Assembly (NCBI GenBank): GCA_963514005.1
Contig: OY740787.1
Span: 22,258,001 to 22,322,000 of the forward strand
Length of the DNA stretch: 64,000 nucleotides
From: Raja brachyura
Lineage: Eukaryota
Reading direction: 5' to 3'
The translations under genes were made by a program, and so were the position numbers. This document shows positions 49,217 to 63,112 of this stretch, one piece after another (positions within the stretch are counted from its first letter, which is position 1; each line of letters begins with the position of its first letter). The notes beneath the pieces are model-generated. The model was not told the origin of the DNA, did no database searches, and saw only the letters and a list, made by a program, of their open reading frames with translations.

Positions 49217-49814
49217 ACAGACAATTTATTGTCAGGACTAATGTGTTTCATTTACATGTTTATAACGTCAATAGTGCTAGGGTGTCCACTGTCCTACTCA
49301 GTGCTCAATCACACAAGGGTGTAATTGTCTCTGCGTCCAAGACAGACACCTTTCCTGATGGGCTTTTAGTTGGCTTTTTGAGCCTGTTTAAAAAAAATAG
49401 CGGAGAGGGGGGTTGGGAGAGGGAACGAGTCAGGCTGGCTGCGATGGCATTACTGTTGAAAGAAAGATTCTTTGCTTAAAGCGTGTAACATAATTAATAA
49501 AGATCTTCCGACACTTAATTGCTGATGGGCTGAGCAGATGTATGCACGATCATTTGGAGAGGAGGGGGAAAAACTAAGCTGGGCTTTCAAAGCAAAATAA
49601 TATGTTGTAGCTGAGGCTGGAACGTTTCCTTTCTTTAAAAAGAAAACTTTGTCATTTAAAAGTGTGCATATGCATGTTATTGTGAGAAGAGTTATTTATT
49701 TTGTTGTCTCTGAGAGTTCTGCCTAACGGGAAAATATGCACAGCAGAGGTACCGTTAGCTGAACTCTGACACTGCGGTCTTTTAAATGCCTTAGGTATGA
49801 TTTCACTTTCACTC

Positions 49815-49951
49815 NNNNNNNNNNNNNNNNNNNNNNNNNNNNNNNNNNNNNNNNNNNNNNNNNNNNNNNNNNNNNNNNNNNNNNNNNNNNNNNNNNNNNN
49901 NNNNNNNNNNNNNNNNNNNNNNNNNNNNNNNNNNNNNNNNNNNNNNNNNNN
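49815..49951. other. Assembly gap
   Basis: N run. Confidence 0.99.
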
Positions 49952-52139
49952 TTGCATTCGGCATCAAGAACAAGATGAAAAGAAAAGTGAGAGGGAAGGA
50001 GAGAGGGAAAGAGAAAGGAGGGGAGGGTTTGGTGTCGAGGAAAATAGCTTAGGTGTTTGTAAAAGCTAACTGGGCTTCCCCTGGTTACATCCTTACATGG
50101 CTAGCAGTCTCCCCTGTCTATGTAGCCTTGGCCTGCATGACGGATAGATAATGTTTCAGGATGGCATGCCTGTACTATTCGTGGCCACTCGCTTTAACAC
50201 TTGAGCAGAACAGTCTAAAGAGGATCAAATTCTATTCCCGTATCTGAGGTCAGGTGTATGTTCTGAAAATGCCTGCTGCACAACATTTTGTTTTGTGTTG
50301 TTGGGCAGCACAGTACCACACAGTTCAAAAGGAAAACCAGCGAGAGAAGCTGTTTTACGTTTCCCACCCCAAAAGGAAATACATTTATATTCAGACGATT
50401 TCGATTTTAGTTTCAATTTAATTTCACCAGATCAGGGAACACAAATTACAAATAAATAAAAGTTGTAATTCAGCGTGTGTGGACCAGCAAATCGTGCTGA
50501 GGCGACATTCCGCTATATCCAGCCAAGCCATGGTCACGAAGTTCAAGGTATTTTACAGCCATTTAGTCAGTGAAGCTGACAGCTACAGTTCAGTCGTCAC
50601 CTTTATCACTAAATCTTAAAAAGGGCAGGGTTTTATTTTTCGCCAAAAATGCACAAGCAGCCAACCATACATTTTTCACGGACCAATTGGGGCAATTAGC
50701 AGCGATTAATTGGCTGGGTTGGACTTGGTGAAATTAACACGAATGTCATTTTTGAAAACCAGATGAAATTACTCTTGTTGAAATATATATGACTTTCTGA
50801 GAACCGTGTCCAATTCACGACTCTCGTTTTTTTAAAACATCTATCTACCTGCGTGGTGTGAGAGACACTGCCAATCAATGCTGGTTTGAAATAGTTTTGG
50901 AACGGCAGTCTTCGAGTTACTGGAGGTTTCGCGTCGATTTTGGGTAGCGTTTGAGTGTCAACTCTTTTATCTCTGCTTTTCTGGTCTCTCTCCGCCGCAT
51001 GTAGTGGCTAGGGGCGTAGGCGTGTTTACTTCAACGAACACCTTAGGAAACTTGTTAGAGTATTGAACGTCGCGAACTGGTCGCGAAAGAGAGGGAGGGT
51101 TTTTTGTGCGAGGTGAGGTGCGAGGCTAATTCTTTAGCCAGGTCGAAGAGATGTCGAACCTCTGCAGAGACACTTGCAAGCGAATTAACCCTTTGAGGTT
51201 TTGTTTTACCTCGACACCAACCACCAGATGAACAAAGGCAGTAATGTTTCAGGGGGGAAGGGGGTGGGGGTATCGAAAAAGAAAATCCGTGTCTTAAAAT
51301 AAAGTGTCATTTGTGAACTTTATATGTGGTACTTAGTGAGTTAAAAGTCTATTTGTCCGTGCCGGGCAGCTTGGCAGTGTTAGAAAGTTGTTGAGGAAGA
51401 TGTGTTTGCTGTGGTGGATATGAACTTCAGTGTCCCTGCTGAATCCGGTTGACTGATGCAGATAAACTTCCCATTAAGGTAGACACAAAATGCTGGGGTA
51501 ACTCAGCGGGAACGGCAAAGGTGTTCTGCCCCTGAGCTGGGAATGTCCACTTTAAAATCACGTTACCAAAGAGATGAAAGGAGTTGAAATTGGACGTGGT
51601 ACAAGGAAGCAACGCACGGTTCCTGCGGGATTCCCAGAGTTCGGTGACAGAGGGAAGGGAGGAAAAGGGATTTAATAAATGTCTTCGAAATTGATAGAGC
51701 TAATGTCGTGGGCGCGGTTTTCCAGGTCATGGAGAGGAAGCTTGTTGCATTCACGATTCCTGGTGAATTGTCCCAGGAACATGAAACAGGGAATCAGTGG
51801 TCTTGGCGAAGTCGGAAGGTTCAGCAGGGTTTCGCACGCCTACAGGTGGCCCGTTGACAAAGCCACTTACTTGCAAGGCTCCTCAATCCGGCCCTTCGCC
51901 CATTCTTTAAAGGGCCGGGAAAACAGTGCGGGGGGGGGGGGGGGGGGTTGCGAAAGCTCACAACAAAACAGTGCATCACACACCATAGATGAATACAAAT
52001 CGGAAAGGGGACCTATTTAGTAGCAAAGGTTACGATCTTTGAGCATTACCCCTAGAAATAAACTTGTCGGATACCCCCCCCCCCCCCCCCCCCGGACAGT
52101 AAATTGGCACCGAATCAACTAGAGGTGTGGTTGTTTGAA

Positions 52140-52282
52140 AAATAGGTACAGGAGCAGGCCATTCGTCCTTTCGAGCCAGCGCCACTATTCAATACGATAA
52201 TGGCTGATCATCTAAAATCAGAATCCCGTTCCTGCTTCGCCCCCCCCCCCCCCCCCTCCCCGTATACCTTGGTCCCTTTAGC
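52140..52282 (-). mobile_element. CR1 3' UTR fragment
   Basis: aataggtacaggagcaggccattcg...attcaatacgataatggctgatcatc is the reverse of 26080-26150. Confidence 0.75.
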
Positions 52283-54700
52283 CCTAAGAGCTAAATCTAT
52301 CTCCCTTGTTGGAGTTTATGGGGATGTGCAATATCCACCGGCACACACGGGCGATTATTGCTGTCGACAGTTTGCACAATGCGGTTTACAACGCATTCTT
52401 GGAACCGGACAGTACTGATAGTCTGGAATAGTCACTGAAAGAAGGAAAAAAAACTCATAAAAGAGCAACTGGTAATCGAAATAAAAACGATGGCGTTTTT
52501 GAATTCATACCCGCTCACGGGAAAGAGACGTTTTACATATCCGAGTGCGTGTGTTGTATGGATAGGTGCATAAAGCGAGAGAGAGAGAGAGTTGGTAAAA
52601 CTATTTTGAATGAGAAATGGGAAGTGACAGTGCAAGTGCTGTGAGTGAAGCGAGCTGCTGCAGCTATCTCCTGCCCTGGGCTCTGTGGCGAAACACTAGT
52701 TTTAAGCTATAATGTAGACATACGGCATTGTATATTTGATTGTTAGGTGGAAGAGCACTTCTGGCAAGGTCATTGGGAAAGAGAACAATCAATAGCAGAT
52801 CGACAGATTAAGATATCATGACATCTAGAATACAAGCCATTTATTTATTTATTAACATGAATTTCAATACTACATATACTCTTACATGTAAACTTCATTT
52901 TTAAGCTGTCCTCTTTTTCATTTCCCCCCCTGGAAGTAGGAACCTTTCACTCCCATCCTATCTGCTCCCTTCTTTTTTTTATTGAACAAGGGCTCTGAGC
53001 AGGGTGGTAGATAGTCTGTCCTCAAGCACCTCGCGTTGTCGATGCATGAATCAGTGACACAGGATGGCTCCAGAGCTGACCTTTTATTCAATGGGGAAGT
53101 ATTTTGATGCAGTCTGATCTGTCCGTGAAACAACATGGATAAGTTAAGAAAAGGTTGCTCCTAAGACTGTGATGAATTTTTATTTCATAATTGACTTGTA
53201 ATTAAAGCATGAATAGAATGTATCCAAGAGCTAGATATGTCTACACCTGCAATTGTTTTAAAGGTTGGAAAGATCTTTTATTTGTTTTAACAATTAAATG
53301 AATCGTGCAAAATATCACAGGAACCAATGAAGCTTAAAGATAGCTGTTTATAACAATTATTTTTAAGTTTATCTTGTCACACGGTTCTGTGCTGTTAAAT
53401 TGTGGTGTTGACCAGCACTTCCTCAGCCAGCAAGTGGTAACTGCAATGAAAGATGTATCTTCTGCTGTTTGAACCCCTCTGTACCTGCAATAGAAAGTTC
53501 ACATGTAAATGGCTCAGTGATTTCAGAGGTCTCAGGGTAGTCTCCATTTGTTCTAAGATAGCAGTGTCTACTTATACAATAAAAAGCTGGGGCACATGTG
53601 CCTCTTTAATCTGGTGATGCACCCACATGCAGCTGTGCTCACACTAGCAAAGTTCAATCGAGTATCCCATCTTCAAAGTGTTTGTGTTTTTTTGATAATT
53701 TAAGTAAAGGTTGCTGCACTTTCCTTCTTCCCATAACAAAGCGGGATTTGTGTAGCAATTCTGGACATCGTTGTTTTTAATTTTTCATACGTTGTGTTAT
53801 TTTTATAACTGCTTTCAATATGCAGAGCAATATTCTTACCACTGTAAAGTGATAAGTGCTCAATAATGGGTACCTTTGTAGCAAGGCGTTCTACATCAAG
53901 GGAGTCGATGTCCTGAGAGGGTGAAGTTCCCAAGACATTACATGCCGTTTTCTTACAGGGAATGATTGGATACTTTGAAAAATTTACAGGTCACAAGGAT
54001 ACCCACTTTGTGAGGCGTACATTGTCTTTCATATTTCCTTTAAATTGGCTCTGGAGAGATAACCTAAAATTAAATGATTTAATTAAGTGAGATGCTTTAC
54101 CGGTTAGAATACACACGGTGAGGCAAATGGTCACAAATAGGTAACACAATTGGAATCCAAGTTTCTGCAACATTGGAACTCCTCAAACTCTACAGTAGTT
54201 TGGGGAGGAAAACCACACTATACCTGATTGACGAATCTAATTTGTTTTAGGGACAAACACCGAAGAAAAGGCAGTGCAGAGAAGGCTAGTTCAGATGGCC
54301 CTTGTCAACTTAATGACTCTTGAAGATGCAACTGAACTGAATTCAACCTTTGTACCATTTTCTATGCCCTGATTCTAGTATCCAGCAGCCATGCTAATCC
54401 AGCAGAATTTGCTTTCAGCAGATTAGTCAGAGTGTGAAGTCTTCCTTGCATTTGGTTTAGAAAAAAAGCACTTCATGATGTTCATTCAGTGGGCACATTT
54501 AGATCTGTCCAAATAATATGCAGGAGCCGCTTACCCTTCCTGCCCTCCAACACCTTTGAAACTAGAGGACATGTGCAAGTGTGTGTATGTGTGAGTCTGT
54601 GTGCGTCTTGCATGTGTCCACATCTTTACATGTGTGGAGTTGCTGCACGTTGTTGTGCTGAACAGTAGCTGTTGCTAGCTACAGTATAGAGAAACATGCG

Positions 54701-54703
<3 letters not shown>

Positions 54704-54762
<59 letters not shown>
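54704..54762 (+). repeat. (CA)n microsatellite
   Basis: About 29 units. Confidence 0.97.
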
Positions 54763-54763
<1 letters not shown>

Positions 54764-57700
54764 CTGTGGCTGGCAGGAAGGAGTTGTCTTCAGTAATTAA
54801 TGTAATGAAATATTCATCTGCACTACCTTTTCAGTAGTCTCACAAATTAGGCTGTAACACTTAATGTCTGCACTGCCTCCGTTTTTATTATAATGGCAGG
54901 TTTTGCATCCGCAATTAGGACTTATACTGACAGTTACAATTTCCAAGGGATGGTAAACAGCATGGTGTATGAGAAGCGTAATCCACGTGCAAAGCCCCCA
55001 TCTCTTTAACCTTGTTGTTTTTTGTGCAGAGGTTACCTTTTCCCGACAGTGCAAAATCGACTTGACATAACTGTTCATCAGTTTCAAGGTTCTCCCTCGA
55101 GGTATTTACATCAAATCAGCCCAGTCAAGCTTCAAGTTGAAATTGGCAGCCCAGAAACTGACAGGGTTGGGACTGGGAAAGAGACAGCACATAGGCAGCG
55201 AATTGACAGCAGCAGGGTGAAAGAGACAAAGCTTCTCGGCTTCTGTGGAAAAAAAGATCAGCCCTAACAGTGCAGGTCAGCAGCGACACAAGGCACTTCA
55301 TCAGTGCTAGTGTGTGGTTGTATGCTTTTTATTTTGGGGATATGGGGTTGCATAGGGGTGTGAGATTGAAGGCAATGAAGCTAAAAACAGCAATCCAGAG
55401 GTTTGAAAACAGAAAGGCATTTGTAGATTATAAACCCAGTTCTAAAGTTAAAGTGAAGGCTTGTGAATATCGTTTTCTTCTGGTTTCGTATGAGAGGCTA
55501 TTAAAAACGTTTTTAAATTATCATTCATTATAAATAAATGTGTTTCTTCCTTTGATAGCTTACTGATGTACTGATTGCTAGGGATATCTAAAGAGTAGCA
55601 AAGCGCCCTGGTTAACCTCAAATAGTGCCACCATAAAAGTTATTTGAACAGAAAAATAAATGGCACAAGTAGATCTCATTTAGTTAAGTGATGTCTGTAG
55701 GGCGGAAATAGTCTACCACAGTTTTATCAGACTTCCAGAAAATCAGCATCATACCTTTCTAAAATAAAAAAACGGTAAATTGGAAAGGAAATAAAAGCAC
55801 AGCCAAAGGTGTCCGCTGTGATTTAAAGGAAATAAACAGCAGCCTTTAATTCTCCGCCGAGACACAATGGAAAGTTTTGGGTGTGTTGTGAAGAAAAAGT
55901 GCCCAGACCCCCTCAGTTTCTGAATAGTTCTTTTATAGTGCCTGGGCAGTCGAATAGCTGAAAAAATGTCTGTCCTGTGTCCATTCAAGTAATAAAGGTT
56001 CACCTTATAAGTTAAACGTTCTTTGAAATACTATTCTTCAGCTCCACATTTGACAGACGCTGGGCACGTATTGATGCCTTTTCGACAGGCAGTGTTGAGT
56101 TAAAGTGGTGTGACCAGAGAGTTTTGTTAAGCTGTGAACAAAAGATTGGAGATGCCTCACTGGCATTGTCCACGCATATATGGGCCTTGTCACAGTTTTA
56201 CTTGATTTAATGCTCTGGATATTCTTATCTGTGGTTTGGACCTTTTTTTCCAAGGTGCAGGCAAGGAACTCTGTAACCAGACTGTACGGACTGAAGGATT
56301 GTTTTCTATGTGTCTGTGAGAGACGGAATTATAGTCCCCCTCAGGTTGTTGTTTTAAAATGAAGTGTTTGCCATGAGATTTAAATGTGGGGGGGCGCTTC
56401 ACAGAGGTAGTCAAGGGAAGCGTCTCTTGTCTGAAAAGCATGCACGGCAGGTCAGGGTGCGAATTTGCAGGGAGCCACAGCCAGTGCAAAGTCCCCAGAA
56501 GCAGGTACTTTGTTCCCTGTCAAAAATCAAAAGCCATACCAGTTATGAAAAGGTTGGTGGCATTATGTTAAGTCATGACAGCTACAGTTGTCATAGTTTC
56601 CACAGCTTTACATTATTGTGAATATCCCCAGAGAGGTCATGACACCTTCATCTCCCCTTCAAATTCAAATGCTTACCCCACCCCCACCTCCTTGAAAGTT
56701 TTCCAGAATTTGAAATAGTTTGCCATCCATGTAAAGTATTAGATCAACAGAAGTTATTATCTCTTGAGGAAGAATAGCCTGTGCTATATTTGACTCTCCA
56801 GCCATAGCTGATCCAATATTCAAGAGGTTCTCTGTCCAATTATATTATTTGCATGCTTTTATGGCTTCTGAGGGTTCTGGGTGTAGTTAATTATAGAGGG
56901 AGTAAGAGAAAACACTGGACTGTAAAATATAGAAATGTGAAGAAGCACATGGAAACCAGAATAAAAGTGATACATGTAAACATATCCACTCATGGATAGG
57001 GTAGAGACACTTATAGATACACACTGTGGCAGAGATACCATGTACAGTATATAAAAACACAGATACATATGCACAGGTTCTGACATCCACATCTAAAAAT
57101 ACATCTCCATACTTGTTACTGACATTGTGTACATCATCATCAGAGATTACTCTTCACGAATACATATATTTGTTTAATACTCGCAACAACCATGATTTAT
57201 TCTTGGAGGAAGGGATTTAACTTTGGGCCCCTAAAAGCAGAACAGCTTAATGGTTTGAAATGTCTGAGCTCCAGAGTGCAAAATATCATCTGTTAGAGGA
57301 AGCCATTTCTTTGCCACCATTCATCCCTTCCGATAGCAATGTCCTGTTTGAACAAATTCTTGATCATAAATAACAAACAATGAAAAATCAATACTGATAA
57401 AAATGCCATGACTCTTAATCCACAGTGTAAAAGTTGCCAAAGTGTCCAATATAATGTTAAGAAAAATTCCTTCCTTCCATCATTGGTATATAAGCATCCC
57501 CAAGGTATTTAGATAAGGTTGTCACAAGTCTGATTTGAATCCTCAGCTCTTCCCAGTCCCATCTCCTTTGTTGAATATTTTGGATGGATACAATCATACT
57601 CCATTCCTCAATTCGAGCGGTGGTAGAAATCAAATTTGATTTAAATCAGATGATTCAAGTTGAATTTGTGCTCCCATTACAAGCCAGGCATGAACAACAT

Positions 57701-57769
57701 GACACCGTTTGTGGCCTTATGGTCCAGTTATCAGAACCCTGCAGTGTGCAAATAGGTTCCTGTTCTGAG

Positions 57770-57892
57770 CCAAGAGTCTCGACCTGAAACGTCACCCATT
57801 CCTTCTCACCAGAGATGCTGCCTGTCCTGCTGAGTTATTCCAGCATTTTGTGTCTACTTTCGATTTAAACCAGCATTTGCAGTTCTTTCCTG
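57770..57892 (+). mobile_element. Short Penelope-type element
   Basis: gtctcgacctgaaacgtcacccattccttctcaccagagatgctgcctgtcctgctgagttattccagc...aaaccagcatttgcagttc. Confidence 0.8.
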
Positions 57893-60800
57893 CACAACGT
57901 TTAACGATTCGTTCTTTTAAAAATAAATGTTCAGACGCACTGTCAGAGTCTAGTTTATCCCTCTCTGTGTAGCTCACTCTTACGCTGAGGTGGTTGAAAC
58001 GAAAATGTTGACATCAAAAACATTTGGCCGTTTGTACTGTCAGTTATATTTTCTCAAGTGGATTGACTGACACGTGGAGCAGGGAATAGCATCAAGAGTA
58101 GTACCAACTCTGATCTGTGGTTTGTCTGCATTGATTTTACTTTACTGGCCTAAGAATGGGGGACAGGTTTGTTCATTGTGTCTTGTGGTTAACCAGGCAC
58201 TTCAGTTGGGCCGTAGGTTATCTTGACACTAACTTGCCCACTTCAGTGTACCCTCAATGTCCATGAAGTGGTAAGCTCATCTGCTTGCATAAAGGTTCTA
58301 CTTAACATATATCATATACAAAGATACCAGATGTCTGGCAGTGAAGTTATAAGCCTCAGTCCAATGGTTCCAATGGCATGATTTCGAGAGTTAAATTCAA
58401 GTGCTAAAATGAAAGCCAATACAAATCCTTCTTCATATTGCTCAGATTCATTGCCAGCTGTTCATTTGTGTTCACTAGGTTTAATAGTCTACTTTTGCTT
58501 ACACCTTTCAATCACAATTTCTCGATGCAGTCTGCGACTTAATGTCAACGCACCTTAATTCTAAATACATAATATCTCCTCGATGGCAATCATCTTTCCG
58601 GTCTGTCGCATGGTTTTTCCATGTCGCATTAGTTTTAGTATAGCATCAACATCTCCCCTCACTAATACTTGTTTGATTGACTGCCCTTACGCATTGCACA
58701 CACCATGTTGATCCACAATAATAAAATGCCACGCAAAGAATATAGTTTTAATGACTTTAACATTCATGTGCAGCAAAGCTGATGGTGAAAATAGACATCG
58801 ATCTTATTTAATTATAAATGGAGCCGTGATACACGCACAAATCATTCAATTTGGAACAAGCTACATAAAAAGCAATTCTGCAATATTTCTAAACTTTTAT
58901 CACAGACAACAATTGGGATCTACCTCGTTTTTTTCGAAAGGGTTTTATATTTTCTCCCACATGGCGGAAAGACACTATTATATTAAGATTTTTTTTAAAT
59001 ACAGAGAAGTAATGGATTCTGTTTGAAATGGTGCAGTGTTTGTTGAAATTGTCTGGCATTACTTTGGTGATAATGTTCAAATTATCTCTAAAATGTGTGA
59101 TGGTGAATATTTCCTAAAGTGCCTGATAAGTGGACAAAGTGGAATATGACACTTTATTTCTTAAACTAGCATAAGACAAAGGATGTGTTTCAGTATTGAA
59201 ATGTTGATTTTGAAATTATAGTTTCTTCTGTTAGGATAGTCTCTCTGCTGTAAAGTAATTTCTACGTGCCATTAGTTATGGCCTCCCTGATGTATTTTTC
59301 CAAGCTGATCGACTCTACCTTCCCATGTGAAATGTCTGCATTCCTGTTATTCTCTCCAGCTAAGTTTGTTTAAACTGACTTAGCTCTTTGAATCTTGGTC
59401 ACCCCTGATGCTAATACTTTTGTCATTTAACAGCTTTGAGGATTATTAGTTGAAAAGTTTTGGAGTTAAGAATGGAGTTGGAAATGAAGTGCCTTAATTA
59501 TAGTTTTTGTTTAATTTTATTTTAATGCTGTTTGAGGAAAATGTGCCTGATTTGCAGGTACATCTCAAGGAGAGGTTAAAAAATAGTCCTCAGAACAAGA
59601 AAGAACTGTATAATCTTCATAGAATTCAAATTAAATATACAGTTTAGTTATGTGGAAATGAATACAGAAGTCAAATTAAATTGTGACCGCCAAAACCCTC
59701 ATTGTGTGAATTAATGTGTATTTTGATGTTTTAATTATTTTTTACATTATTACTTCCTTTATTTAGTAATGAGGCAAGGTTAATTAATAATAATTATAAA
59801 AAGAGTAATTCATTCCCGGGAAGGTTATAATAAAGTAATTATAAATTAAAAATGGAATGTTGTAGTTTTACTTTGTGATATAGGTAATGTGAAATAAAAT
59901 AATGTGAGCAAAACAAAAACTCTTTCATTTGCAATATAATTGCTTCTGTTAACCCATCTTCAATACAGTTGATCATATTTAGCATCTCTATCTTTGCATC
60001 AATAATATCTTGACCAAATAAGAAAACAGGTGCAAGTATATTTTAAAGTAAAATTGCAATTAGCATTGAAAATTGAGAAATTGTCTGCAGAGATTGCTCT
60101 TAATTTCAGTCAGTGACAACATAATTTATCCCCCTCAACACAAGATACTGCTTAAATGAACAATTACCTCCTTCCCCACGTGCAGTCTGCAGGTGAAAGT
60201 GTTTGCTAAATATTTAAGCAATGTGAGGATGTTTTCTCACATTGAATTTCATCTAAGACTTGGAATAGACTCCTGCTGCATTAAATACAAGCTGGGAGCT
60301 GGCTTACAGGTGTATTAATAGATAAAGTTTTCCTTCTCTGAAATAAATTAAGAACCTTGTGTTATGATTATTGCACTGGAATTTAACTTATTGTGGCAAT
60401 CTGCACCTGAATAAGTGATTAAGTTTGTTCCGCAGGCTTGCAGGATTTGAACCTGCACATTTCCAGCATTGGCGCTCCATTTGTAAATGGCATTAGAAAT
60501 AAGTAACGCGTGATTTATGCACGCTTTGGTCTTTTGCTATTCTGCTGCTGTAAATCTGATTGCAAACAGAACCTCAGTGTTGAATGGCTTTAATGAAATA
60601 ATGTGAAATGTAAGGTAGATTTGCCCTTACAATAGATGGGTGTGATTACAATTATATTTTGGATTGAAGAGAGGGCGAGAAGAAAACTTATTTCAGCCCG
60701 TTGCAACTGTAGGCAATGTCATTTGCACATTGACGTACATTTAGGTATGTCCAACTGACCAAGTCCATTCCAGTACATATGGATGGTTAGAATTTAATAC

Positions 60801-61214
60801 CATGCTTAATAAAACACATTAGAGCAGTTTTTGGTTGGTTCCACTTGAGACATTACTACAGTGCCTGTGATTTGTTTCAAATAGCACAGTTAACCGTACA
60901 TTCTACATAAATGATACATTTATGAAGTATACATTCTGCTTAAATAGCATGATTATGCAATATATGAATGTACGATTTTGTACATGTGGTTGTGATGTGG
61001 TTTAAGTCAGAAATTCTAAATTGTGATCTGTAATTCAATATTCGTACTTATACAGTGTTTACTATTTTCCTCTTCCTCCAATTTTCTCCCCAGACTATTC
61101 CTCTCCTGAATGTAAAGACTCATGCTAGGGGACAGTTCTATTAAGTTCAGATGACCCTCTGGTACTTCCCCCAAGTGGTCTTACAGGTGGTCTGTACAAG
61201 TGTGTATGATTATC

Positions 61215-61920
61215 TAGTAACTATTTAAAAGGACGTGTTTGTACTGAATGCATCAATTTAAAAGGATGTTTATGTAGTAACTGTGCTCTACCTAAATGGA
61301 TGTCTTCCTGCAATATGCAATCTATTTAAATATTTATACATAGTGTGCTCTACCTGAATATGTTAGCTTATGTGATAGCCGTGCTTTATATTAATCAACG
61401 CAGTTATACTTTACACGTTGTATTTTATTGCACCCATTTACGCAGGATATGCTCAAAGTAAATATGTTAATATAATATGAGCACTATTTGTTCTGTTTAA
61501 AGGGAAATTTTTGTGCAGATGTGTTTGACATGGAGATGATTATATAGTATATGCACTTAGCTTAAACGGGAACATTTATTTTGCATTGTCTATATAAAGA
61601 AATACATTTAGTTAGTGCATGCTCTATTTAAGTCAGCATGTTTATATAATACATGCTCTATTTAGGAGGACACATTTACTCAGCATGCGCTGTATTTTAA
61701 TATGATTTTTATTCTGCTTTATGTGCTCTATTGAATACAATGGTTTGTACTGTACCTGCATTAAATTTGAATGGATACATTTATACAGTATATATTCAAG
61801 TTAAGTAAATGTATTCTTGCAATGCCTGTGCTCAGATTAGATCAACACATGGATAGGTGTATGATTTGTTTCAATAAACTAACTACATAGCTATCGTTTT
61901 CTATTTCAGTGGATTAATTT
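61215..61920 (+). repeat. Highly decayed minisatellite, period ~32-36 bp
   Basis: Recurrent tgctctatttaa / tgctctaccta-like motif, e.g. 61283, 61346, 61620, 61654, 61724. Confidence 0.6.
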
Positions 61921-62069
61921 GTAGTATTTTTTGTTGATTAAATTATACAGTAAATTTGATGGGTATTTCTATGTGATTCCAACCCATATTTCCGTGTGCG
62001 GTTTGAAAAAATGCGGTAAACACGTCCTTACCAGAATACACCAATTCAGACCCAATGGAAATATATTAT

Positions 62070-63112
62070 GCACAAGAAAGTAGGAGAGGACTAGACGACT
62101 GGATCCGTCAAGCCTGCTTCACCATTTAACCTGATCTATGCTGGCGTCAACTCTTCTTCTGTGCCAGTTCCATGTAATTCCTTCATCTTTCAATACCAAA
62201 GGTTCACAATTCTCAGTAGAAATGTCTATACATCTCAGTGTTAAATGACTAGCCCCTTATTTTGCAGCATGATTCCCTTATTTGTGACTCACCCACACAT
62301 GAAAGCATTTCAATGTATTCCCTGCCAAGGCCCCCAAGGATCTTGTATGTTCGAATAAGGTATCTCCTCATCGTTTATATTCTAGGGAATACAGATCCAA
62401 CCCCGACTTGTCTCTCTTGATAGGACCTCTTCTTTTCCCAGGAATTAGCCAGGTGAATCTCCGTCATTGTTACTACATCCTGTTTTAAGGTTGGGAACCA
62501 AAACAATGCACAGTATTCCAGGTGCGGCCTCAACAACACCTTGTACATCTGTAGCAAAAACGTCTATTATTAAACTCCAAGCATTCCGTTTGCCATCTTA
62601 ACTATGTGTAGCACCTGCCCGCTAACGTTTTGTGATTCATACACTTGAATACCAAGGCCTCTCTGAAATTCACTCATTTGCAGACTCTCGCCATCTAGAT
62701 AATCGCCCTTTGAAGTGCATGACCTCACGCTTACAAAGATTAAACTCAATTTGTTAGCTTTTACCTAATCGCTCAATCTATCTACATCCCGTCACAGCAT
62801 TTCAATGTTCCCATCACAACATGCTTTTCCGCCTTTTTTCATCTCATCGACAAACTTGGAAACCTTACACTTTGTTCCCTCCTCCAGGTCATTTGCAGCA
62901 TTATTTGGTAATAGTAAATAATTGGGGGCTAAGAACTAATCCCTGGGCTACCACACAAGTTAGATCCCTCCACCCGAAAAAGGACCCATTTGCTCCAACT
63001 CATTTCCTACAAGACAGCCAATTTTCAGTCCATGATAACATACTTTCTCCAATACTCGGGCTCTTAATTAAATGACCAGCTTTATACTGTAATGGCACCT
63101 TGTCAAATGCCA
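62070..63112 (-). mobile_element. CR1-type LINE, decayed
   Basis: Minus frame LQMYKVLLRPHLEYCALFWFP; tcatctcatcgacaaactt = KFVDE remnant. Confidence 0.8.

Noticed and set aside
61215-61920. CRISPR-like array
   Set aside because: Eukaryotic intron, no identical repeats with unique spacers, and no cas genes; better explained as a decayed minisatellite.
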